DNA of 64,000 nucleotides from Prochlorococcus sp. AG-402-P18 (GTDB lineage Bacteria > Cyanobacteriota > Cyanobacteriia > PCC-6307 > Cyanobiaceae). Positions 43,612 to 51,137 of this stretch are shown here, in pieces; positions within the stretch are counted from its first letter, which is position 1; each line of letters opens with the position of its first letter. The DNA is taken from contig QCJC01000001.1 in the NCBI GenBank assembly GCA_003216275.1, forward strand, positions 192,787-256,786, written 5' to 3'. The notes beneath the pieces were generated by a model that was not told the DNA's origin, did not search any database, and saw only the letters and a list, made by a program, of their open reading frames with translations. The position numbers and the translations under genes were made by a program.

Positions 43612-43803
43612 CTAAAGGCTTTTGGGAGAAAACTCAATGCTTTCTAGGAATTCAGATGCTTCCGTGATATTATTGCAAAATTTACATGTACCTAGGTAAC
43701 AACCTAGGTATCTCATGAAAGAGGATTTACCTCCAGTCAGGTGGTATTTATGAATTGTTCCTCCTTGAGGAGTAGCTCTTACAAGTTGAGGTAATGCAGC
43801 CAT
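43612..43803 (-). CDS. Small conserved hypothetical protein
   Basis: RATPQGGTIHKY...RYLGCYLGTCKFC motif. Confidence 0.7.
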   Translation of the reverse strand: MAALPQLVRATPQGGTIHKYHLTGGKSSFMRYLGCYLGTCKFCNNITEASEFLESIEFSPKSL

Positions 43804-43924
43804 TAATAAAATCCTTTTCTTTAATTTGCTTTTAATATCAGTTCAAAGCAATAGGTAGATTTACCAAACAAATAGGAGCCATTAGCTTTTATGGCATTTG
43901 ATTATAGATAGGAGAATAAAATAA

Positions 43925-44095
43925 CTAGTCGGTATATCCATCATCATCTTCAGAATTAATTATTCGTGGAGTATTCTTTATATGTTCATCCCATGGATGA
44001 ACGTAAGAATCTTTATCTGAATAAACTTCACTTTTAAGTTCCTCTAGTAAATTCTCGAAATCTTTAATAATCCTTTTTAAATTGTCCTTTTTCAT
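43925..44095 (-). CDS. Small hypothetical protein (56 aa, not in ORF track)
   Basis: Manual translation MKKDNLKRIIKDFENLLEELKSEVYSDKDSYVHPWDEHIKNTPRIINSEDDDGYTD*. Confidence 0.7.
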   Translation of the reverse strand: MKKDNLKRIIKDFENLLEELKSEVYSDKDSYVHPWDEHIKNTPRIINSEDDDGYTD

Positions 44096-44459
44096 TTAGT
44101 TACCTGTTGATTTTATGAAATTATTTTTATTATAATAAACTTTTTTGCATTTCCTTTTTTTTAGATTTAATTCTGAACTTTAGCGGGTTAATCTTCATGA
44201 TTTTAAATGTTGTTTTAATTAAAGCTCTTTTAAAAGAAATAATCTTAAATATAATCATAATAAAAACAATTGATACCGATATAGTATCGTGCAATTATAA
44301 AAGGTTTAAATAATCTCCCTATCCTTTTTGATGACTTTGGCATAAATTATGTAAACTTGCTTTCCGAATTAATGTATAGTGAAGTTTTAAGAAGGTATTT
44401 GAACGTTTATTACGGGAATTTCTTGTGTTGTTTTTACTAAGTAATTAAGCTAGAATAGA

Positions 44460-44541
44460 ATCAGTTAATTTTAAATAAAGTCTACCTCTGATTGATCTTA
44501 AGTGAATATACTTTCCCTTGGATTATTCCAGGGGTTTTTTT
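44460..44541 (+). ncRNA. Candidate small RNA
   Basis: TAGAAT -10 at 44451-56, 5' stem AATCAG/CTGATT, strong terminator; no plus-strand ORF upstream. Confidence 0.45.
44515..44541 (+). terminator. Intrinsic terminator
   Basis: CCCTTGGA-TTAT-TCCAGGGG followed by T7. Confidence 0.85.
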
Positions 44542-44578
44542 CTCTTTCTTATTAATTATTAGTGATGTAAATGTAAAC

Positions 44579-44809
44579 AATTTTATTAATGTTATTTCTT
44601 CTAATAGTGATTTTCTTTCTGCCAATATTGAGTCAAAAGGGATGTTTTTACGAATTTAGGTTGATCTTTCCAATCCCATGATGATTAATTAACTTGATTG
44701 TTAAAAAAACAATTGCTTTATTGCACTAAAAAAGCACAGTGCTTGACTGAGCTTTTTATATGGTGGCGGGGGGGAGATTTGAACTTCGACCTTCGGGTTA
44801 CTAGCCCGA
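44579..44809 (-). repeat. Degenerate direct-repeat copy of tRNA-Met 3' half, terminator and ~175 bp downstream flank (attR-like)
   Basis: Aligns by eye with 48255-48481 (e.g. aattttattaatgtta, tagtgattttcttt, ccaatattgag, ttgcactaaaaaagc, tggtggcggggg). Confidence 0.9.
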
Positions 44810-44970
44810 AAGCGAATAAATGAAATCCTTTGCCTGTCTATATTTTAGGCCTCCTAATCAAATTTATGGGAGTAAAATGGGTTTTCTTGAAAAATTGGAT
44901 CAAGCTATAACTAGGATCTCTCTTCTTCTTCTCTTTGTTTAAGTTACTTCCTTAAATATAAAAAATACAT

Positions 44971-44991
44971 AAAAAAAGCCCCTGAGGGCTT
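44971..44991 (-). terminator. Terminator downstream of tRNA fragment B
   Basis: AAGCCC-CTGA-GGGCTT with an A7 run (U7 on minus strand). Confidence 0.65.
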
Positions 44992-45000
44992 GGTTTTAAT

Positions 45001-45046
45001 TGGTGGCGGGGGGAAGATTTGAACTTCCGACCTTCGGGTTATGAGC
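45001..45046 (-). repeat. Exact copy of the 3' 46 nt of tRNA-Met (att remnant)
   Basis: Identical to 48432-48477. Confidence 0.95.
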
Positions 45047-45196
45047 TCTACTGTTATAGGGCATAAACCCAGTCTATGACTAGGTTGCAAACATGGGCGG
45101 GGCACACTTTTTTGGGCCGCTGGGGCATAAATAATTGAAAAAAATGTATTGTCTTTGCCCATATATTTCCGCAGCATGTCCAACTTGAATTTTTTC

Positions 45197-45208
45197 AGCC
45201 CGACGAGC
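45197..45208 (-). repeat. 12-nt tRNA-Met D-arm/anticodon-stem fragment
   Basis: agcccgacgagc matches tRNA 48475-48486 and continues the 45001-45046 copy. Confidence 0.65.
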
Positions 45209-45255
45209 GAAAAACCATTTTTACTTCAAGCCTTTTCTTTGTGATTATTCCATCT

Positions 45256-45280
45256 CTTCCGACCTTCTGGTTGTAAGCCC
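45256..45280 (-). repeat. Degenerate tRNA-Met anticodon/variable-arm fragment
   Basis: cttccgaccttctggttgtaagccc vs tRNA cttccgaccttcgggttatgagccc (22/25). Confidence 0.75.
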
Positions 45281-45383
45281 TAATGCTGTAGGCGAAAACG
45301 AAATTCCAACACTGGATTAAAAAGAGGACGGTATATTTTTTTTGGGGCCATTGGTATATTGAAAGTTATTATTATCTTTTACT

Positions 45384-46019
45384 ATGTTCCAAAATGACAT
45401 TTCATTTGTATATAAGGATATCGAGAAAAATACTACTGATTTAGAAGCAGTTATAAAAAATTTGTTGATTAAGCATTTGAATGAAGGCGTTGCTGCGCCT
45501 TACTTTTATGAATGGGAACTTGATAAATTGAGTGGGCAATTACCTTCTAGTTGGACCTTAGATATTAATGAAAAGCTAGATGTTCCTGATGAGAAAATAA
45601 GATTAACTATAGTTAATGCTTATTTTGAAGCTGAACGTCATTTTAAAGGTTATTTGGATGAATTTGAAGATTCAGATGTGAGATTAATTGCTGAACCAAT
45701 TGGTGTTATTGATCTTACTGGTGAAGAAAGTGAAAGTATAATTGCCATAACAGATATTGAAGCTCCTTATGATGAAGAAAATGCTAAAGATTTACTAGAG
45801 CTATCAGGTGCTTTTGGAGAATCTCCAATCAAGATATCAGTAACCCCTGGCAGTAAATATTGGGATAGTGCCATTGATGGAGCTCTTACATTTTCAGACC
45901 TCTTTAAGGATGATAATGAGTGGAAGAAATACATTGATAGTGATGACTTTGAATTAGATCAAACATTCTTAAAAGAGATAAAAGATTTTATTAATGAGTT
46001 AGAACTTGACGAGGACTGA
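45384..46019 (+). CDS. Hypothetical, strongly acidic island protein
   Basis: 211 aa; about 52 D/E vs about 19 K/R by manual count; no recognised family. Confidence 0.75.
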   Translation: MFQNDISFVYKDIEKNTTDLEAVIKNLLIKHLNEGVAAPYFYEWELDKLSGQLPSSWTLDINEKLDVPDEKIRLTIVNAYFEAERHFKGYLDEFEDSDVRLIAEPIGVIDLTGEESESIIAITDIEAPYDEENAKDLLELSGAFGESPIKISVTPGSKYWDSAIDGALTFSDLFKDDNEWKKYIDSDDFELDQTFLKEIKDFINELELDED

Positions 46020-46116
46020 TCTAAATAAAAAACTTCTAATTGACCACTGATTCTATTAATATAAATGCACGCATAAAAATTTGCGGTTTAAAATTAAATC
46101 AAATAAATTATAAAAT

Positions 46117-46908
46117 ATGGATTCACGACAAGAGGCCCTAGAAGTTGTACAAAAAGATGGGCTTGCACTTGAGTCTGTCGATGATAAATTTAAATCGGAT
46201 AGAGAAATTGTTTTAGAAGCAGTCAAGTCAAATGGTTGGGCTCTTGAGTATGCGCACGAAACGTTGAAGTCAGATAGTGAAATTGTTTTAGAGGCAGCTA
46301 AAGATGTATATGAATCTTTTGAATATGCTAATGAAAAACTTAGAGCGGATCGTAATATCGTTCTGTTAGCTGTTAAGCAAAATGCTGGTTTCGCACTTCA
46401 GTACGCAAGTGAAACGCTGAAGTCTGATCGAGAAATTGTATTAGAAGCAGTTAGGCAAAATGGGGAATCCCTTCAATTTGCGAATGAAAAGCTTAGAGCT
46501 GATCGTGAAATTGTATTAGAAGCCCTTAAAACTGAAGGCTGTGCACTTGAGCACGCAAGTGAAACATTGAAGTCTGATCGAGAAGTTGTCTTAAAAGCGG
46601 TTAAAAAATATAGTTGTGCACTTGGCCATGCCAACGAGTCATTGAGAGTTGATCGAGAAATAGTGTTAGAAGCGATTAATGCATTTGGGCCGTCACCCCT
46701 TGAATATGCTGATGAATTGCTTCGATCTGATCGAGAAATTGTACTAGCAGCTGTTAAATCAAATGGCGAGGCACTTCAGTATGCCGCTGAAAATTTAAAA
46801 TCAGATAGAGAAATCGTATTAGAAGCAATCAAATCAGACAGGGGAGCGGTTGATTATGCCAATAAACAATTGATAATTGAATTAGAAAAAGAAGGACTTT
46901 TGAATTAA
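46117..46908 (+). CDS. DUF4116-type helical repeat protein
   Basis: About 10 tandem 25-aa repeats DREIVLEAVKxNGxALxYAxExL(K/R)(S/A). Confidence 0.9.
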   Translation: MDSRQEALEVVQKDGLALESVDDKFKSDREIVLEAVKSNGWALEYAHETLKSDSEIVLEAAKDVYESFEYANEKLRADRNIVLLAVKQNAGFALQYASETLKSDREIVLEAVRQNGESLQFANEKLRADREIVLEALKTEGCALEHASETLKSDREVVLKAVKKYSCALGHANESLRVDREIVLEAINAFGPSPLEYADELLRSDREIVLAAVKSNGEALQYAAENLKSDREIVLEAIKSDRGAVDYANKQLIIELEKEGLLN

Positions 46909-46914
46909 TTTATT

Positions 46915-48195
46915 ATGTGTATTATTCCTCTTAATGGAAACTTTAAGGAGTCAATTAAACTTTTTGTTAATAGGCTTTCTAGTTTCTTTATTAATAAGCT
47001 TAAGCCACAAAAAGAAAATAAAAAATCGAATTTATATAACAAAGGTAAAAATAATGAATTAGACAAATATAGCTCAATTAATCTTACACAAGATGAACTT
47101 TTATCAGGGACAACAAGAAGATTAACCTTTAAAAATGAATCTATAGATATAAAAATCCCTGCAGGAATTAAACCAAATCAAAAGCTTAGACTGAAAGGTA
47201 AAGGAAAATTAAGAATTTCTAATGGAGAGAGAGGTGATCTATATCTAGAGGTGAAAATTTCTCAGTCATCTAATAATACAAATAATAATTCTGGTGTCGG
47301 CATTAATGATGATATAAAAGACTCATCTAGCACTAGTGCAGATAGAATAATTAGAATAACGATAATTAATGCGGGCGGAGAATATACTGGCGGAAGTATA
47401 AGTAATAATTCTAGTATTAATAATATAAAACAAAGTATACTTAAAGGAAATATGCAATCAATAATGGATTTTCCTAATGGAGAATCTTTTGATGCCTCTG
47501 ATTATGATGATATTTTCCATTTCTATGGTCCTGAGCTAGATAATTCAGAAGTTTTAATTGAGGAAACATCAGATTTAACAAATAAAAATGATTGGGATAA
47601 AAACTATAAGATTATTTATTCTGGGAAATATCTTGATTCCCAAATTAAACAACATCAAACTTGTAACTCTTTCCCTAGTGATCGACGAATGTTTATTGGT
47701 TTTGCTGCTTTAGAAGTTGGCGAAACTAAATATTTTGATAAAAATGATTTATTGATTTTCAACTATAAACTTGAGAAAAGAATTCATTATTCTGTTAGTT
47801 TAAAATTAGAAAAGGGAGAGAAGTTTAACCCTGGCTGTTTACATGTTGGTTGTTTTTGGGCTGATGAAATTTTTCCAAGTGAATTAGTCCCTGAGTATGT
47901 CCTCTATATACCAGAAAGATATTCTGAAATGTATCGAAAAGAATATCTTAGTAAGAGTGGAGAAGATGAAATAGATACAGGTGAAGATGGATGGGGTACC
48001 TATGAAGGTTTTTGCGAGTTGTTTTTGAGAGGAGAAGACTATCTTCATGATTGTGCTAAGGAGTTGTATAAAAAGATGAAAGATAAACACTCACTTTCTT
48101 TGCTTGATGTTGAGGGTAAGGGTGAATGTGAATATGAATATCTAAGAATTGATGATTCATCAGGAAACAATATATATAAGTCAAAACCTTATTAA
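46915..48195 (+). CDS. DnaJ C-terminal-domain fragment fused to an unknown acidic domain
   Basis: IKIPAGIKPNQKLRLKGKG...GDLYLEV; no HPD motif; N/S-rich linker. Confidence 0.75.
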   Translation: MCIIPLNGNFKESIKLFVNRLSSFFINKLKPQKENKKSNLYNKGKNNELDKYSSINLTQDELLSGTTRRLTFKNESIDIKIPAGIKPNQKLRLKGKGKLRISNGERGDLYLEVKISQSSNNTNNNSGVGINDDIKDSSSTSADRIIRITIINAGGEYTGGSISNNSSINNIKQSILKGNMQSIMDFPNGESFDASDYDDIFHFYGPELDNSEVLIEETSDLTNKNDWDKNYKIIYSGKYLDSQIKQHQTCNSFPSDRRMFIGFAALEVGETKYFDKNDLLIFNYKLEKRIHYSVSLKLEKGEKFNPGCLHVGCFWADEIFPSELVPEYVLYIPERYSEMYRKEYLSKSGEDEIDTGEDGWGTYEGFCELFLRGEDYLHDCAKELYKKMKDKHSLSLLDVEGKGECEYEYLRIDDSSGNNIYKSKPY

Positions 48196-48398
48196 TACAT
48201 AATAGTTTGTTGGCAATAAATTTTTTATGAGGTGTAAGGGCGTTCAATTAAATTAATTTTATTAATGTTAATTCTCCTACTAGTGATTTTCTTTTGCCCA
48301 ATATTGAGCCAAAAAGAACGTTTTTATGCGAATTTAGCAGGCTTTTCCAGTTCCATGATGACTAATGAGCCTATTTTTTTTAATTACTTTATTGCACT

Positions 48399-48427
48399 AA
48401 AAAAGCCCAGTGCTTGACTGGGCTTTT
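48399..48427 (-). terminator. Terminator downstream of tRNA-Met
   Basis: AAAAGCCCAGT-GCTTG-ACTGGGCTTTT perfect 11-bp stem with A/T tails. Confidence 0.9.
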
Positions 48428-48431
48428 AAAT

Positions 48432-48508
<77 letters not shown>

Positions 48509-48559
48509 AAGAATTACAAGCATACATCCTGATGTGAGATAAAGACTAAATTGTTTTCG

Positions 48560-49522
48560 TTATGGAACCTTTAGTTCTCCTTTGACTTCTATATATATAC
48601 CTGGTTTTTGTTGGAGAACTATTTCATCCAATTCTTCGATTGCTGTTGGTGTAATCCATTCTAGTTGTTTAAGCAATTGAATCGCTACAGCGTACTTTGC
48701 TCTTCTTGATCCATCTTCAACCTTTATGGCGAGACCTATACCTTCCCCTAGAAGTCCTATACATTGAATTCCTTCACTGCCTCCTTTGCTAATGATTTGG
48801 TTATGACCTCTCTTTATTAACTCAGAATCAAAATATCCTTTTCCTGCTACGAAATCTGGGTAGGAGGTCATTGCACGAGTAATTTTTTCGAATTCTGGTT
48901 GGTTTGATGTGGATAAATGAGCATACAAAATTGCCATTTGAGACAAACTTAATAGTAATGTTGGAGCACCACAATCGTCTCTCTCTGCGATTAATTCTTC
49001 TACTGGGATTTTTAGTAACTCTGAAACTCTTCTGAATATTTCTTTTTGAAGAGGGTGATGCCCCATTAAATAACTATCTGTATCCCAATTCATTTTTTTG
49101 CAAGTTGCAAGAAAGGCAGAATGCTTTCCTGAACAATTATGTTCTAATCTGCTTTTTTTATTTAGAGGAGTTGGACATTTTAGTTCTTTGATGTCAATAT
49201 CTGCATTCCATAGAAGCTTAAAAGCAGTCCTTGCTTGTTCTGCTGAACCGGAGTGGGAACCACAAGCTAGAGCTAATGTTTTGTTGTCGGCATTATATTT
49301 TTCTGAAGTACCACTAGTTAGAAATGGCAATACTTGAAAAGGCTTAAGAGCTGATCTAATAAAGGTTTCATATTCTGATATACCTGCTTTCATAAGAGTT
49401 CTACCTTTGATATCGCAAATCGAGGCGTGGGCTCTATGAATAGATTCAACACTTGAGCCTCTTTTAACAAGTACTTTCAGACAATTACTACTGTCTGTTA
49501 TTAGTTTGTTTTGTGAATTCAT
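48560..49522 (-). CDS. L-asparaginase II (Rhizobium-type) family
   Basis: RSALKPFQ, ACGSHSG, HNCSGKH, RDDCGAP, ISKGGSEG. Confidence 0.88.
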   Translation of the reverse strand: MNSQNKLITDSSNCLKVLVKRGSSVESIHRAHASICDIKGRTLMKAGISEYETFIRSALKPFQVLPFLTSGTSEKYNADNKTLALACGSHSGSAEQARTAFKLLWNADIDIKELKCPTPLNKKSRLEHNCSGKHSAFLATCKKMNWDTDSYLMGHHPLQKEIFRRVSELLKIPVEELIAERDDCGAPTLLLSLSQMAILYAHLSTSNQPEFEKITRAMTSYPDFVAGKGYFDSELIKRGHNQIISKGGSEGIQCIGLLGEGIGLAIKVEDGSRRAKYAVAIQLLKQLEWITPTAIEELDEIVLQQKPGIYIEVKGELKVP

Positions 49523-50023
49523 TTATAAGTTTATATTTAAAAGGTTAAAGGATAATAAGAAGAACATAAATAAAAAAATTGAAGATAATACTTTTTTTAA
49601 GTGATCTAAAATAGGTTTAACTTGATATTGAGCTATTAATAAATCTTTAGCTCTCCAATCTATAGGCTTTTCCCAAACCTGACCATCATACCATCCAGAT
49701 TCTTCGTACTCAATCTTTTCAGAATTAAGTCGACTATAAATATATGACCAGCTAAGTAACTGTCTTAATAGCAGAAATAGGGGAGAAATGAGCGAAAAGG
49801 TTAAGCTTATAAATATAAAATCAAAAATATTATTTCTCAGATAATCACTTCCATATGATATTAATAAATTAAGTGGTAAAAATATTAACCAACTAATAAC
49901 TAACTTACTATAAAAGGTATTATTATCTTGTAAAGGCCATGATATTATCCATGATTTTGTAATGCTATAAAATTCATTTAGTGGCCTTTGATCTTGTGGA
50001 ACAGGACAAATAATCTTATTCAT
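49523..50023 (-). CDS. CGLD27/Ycf36 (DUF1230) membrane protein
   Basis: CPVPQDQRPLNE, YEESGWYDGQVWEKP. Confidence 0.92.
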   Translation of the reverse strand: MNKIICPVPQDQRPLNEFYSITKSWIISWPLQDNNTFYSKLVISWLIFLPLNLLISYGSDYLRNNIFDFIFISLTFSLISPLFLLLRQLLSWSYIYSRLNSEKIEYEESGWYDGQVWEKPIDWRAKDLLIAQYQVKPILDHLKKVLSSIFLFMFFLLSFNLLNINL

Positions 50024-50390
50024 ATTCTATTGAAGTTACCCTGTTATTATTAAATTGATGAATGATTCCATTACTCCAAAAAGATTCTAAATCGTAGAAT
50101 TTTCTTTCATTAGGTTGCATTACGTTAATTATTAGATCTCCATAATCCAATAACGCCCATTTAGCTTCATTAATACCTTCTTTTCGGAGAGGTAAAAGAT
50201 CTGCTTCCTCTTTAATTGTTTTTTCTACGTTGTTAACAATTGCTCTTACTTGTACATCCGATAAACCTTCTATAATTAATATCCAATCAGCAATACTTGA
50301 TACTTCTTCAATTTTTAAAAGCTTAATATCACTTGCTTTCTTATCATCACAAGCAACTGCTGCTATCTCAACTAATCTACTACTATCCAT
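50016..50390 (-). CDS. rsfS: Ribosome silencing factor (Iojap)
   Basis: DDKKASDI, WALLDYGDLIINVM, FYDLESFW; start reassigned to MDSSR. Confidence 0.92.
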   Translation of the reverse strand: MDSSRLVEIAAVACDDKKASDIKLLKIEEVSSIADWILIIEGLSDVQVRAIVNNVEKTIKEEADLLPLRKEGINEAKWALLDYGDLIINVMQPNERKFYDLESFWSNGIIHQFNNNRVTSIEYE

Positions 50391-51018
50391 AAACATTCTC
50401 ACTAGTAACAGATTTATTGGAGCCTTCTTGCGCAGCCATTTCAGCACGAGCCTTTTCAGCACTTTTTCTTAGGGCTTCTAATCTATCCTCATAAAAAGTT
50501 CTTTTTTTCTTTTTTCTAGATTTTTCAACTAAATCTTTTAATGCACCACCAAGGCTTTTGTATGCATTTGGGACGCTATAGCCGAACCTACAAGCCAAAT
50601 CTATAGCTCTCTCATCAGCCAATATCGCATCTTGTAGACGTTTCTCTGAATTGTTCTTTAAATACAATCTATAACCGGCAAAACCCGACAAGCCAAGTGC
50701 CATTAAAAGTAGTAATCCATCTTGAACCCATAACTCACCTATTGCACCACCTAAGCCTATTGCAAGTGCAGCCATTTCCCAACCATCTCTTGGAATGGTG
50801 TCATTTTGAATTCGTCCCACCTCATGCCAAAAAAGCATATTCCTATGGTCTTGAGCTAAATAGTCCCATTGCTCAAGATCGATTTGTATTTCAACTTCAT
50901 CCCGCCCAATTTCCTCAAGCGTGATAAGTGGAGGGTCTATCGCAGCTGCAGCTTCAATAAATACCCAACTTTGGTTTTCTGGAGGCAGCAGCCCTTTTAG
51001 GCGCTGAAGTTCGCTCAT
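50383..51018 (-). CDS. DUF3318 family protein
   Basis: ELQRLKGLLPPE, LFWHEVGRIQ, ELWVQD, ADERAI. Confidence 0.85.
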   Translation of the reverse strand: MSELQRLKGLLPPENQSWVFIEAAAAIDPPLITLEEIGRDEVEIQIDLEQWDYLAQDHRNMLFWHEVGRIQNDTIPRDGWEMAALAIGLGGAIGELWVQDGLLLLMALGLSGFAGYRLYLKNNSEKRLQDAILADERAIDLACRFGYSVPNAYKSLGGALKDLVEKSRKKKKRTFYEDRLEALRKSAEKARAEMAAQEGSNKSVTSENVYG

Positions 51019-51137
51019 GCTCTTTTTTCTTATGCAGAAAGTTAGCTAGACTTTAATTGTAATTTGCCGATCTGCTCAGTAGATGATAAACAGATACTTA
51101 GAATGCGTGACATAAATGAACTTTACTAGAGATTCAA

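Larger units (their letters stand above)
44579..48431. mobile_element. Integrase-less tRNA-Met genomic island remnant (tycheposon-like cargo)
   Basis: Bounded by the tRNA 3' end and its duplicates; contains only non-core genes; no recombinase ORF. Confidence 0.75.

Noticed and set aside
44944-45183. 79-aa ORF in the track
   Set aside because: It runs through the tRNA fragment and terminator; spurious translation of an att remnant
45001-45208. Group I intron in tRNA-fMet (known in some cyanobacteria at the anticodon loop)
   Set aside because: The insert is only 150 nt, has no recognisable P/Q/R/S core and no terminal G, and the 5' exon is only 12 nt
44761-45280. CRISPR-like array of repeated GC-rich units
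   Set aside because: All units are tRNA-Met fragments with irregular spacing; no cas genes
45384-48195. Assignment to a named anti-phage system or toxin-antitoxin pair
   Set aside because: No nuclease, NTPase, TIR/SIR2 or toxin motifs are recognisable; only a hypothesis is given
50391-50462. N-terminal extension of rsfS in the ORF track
   Set aside because: Overlaps the DUF3318 coding end; the internal ATG at 50390 gives a typical length
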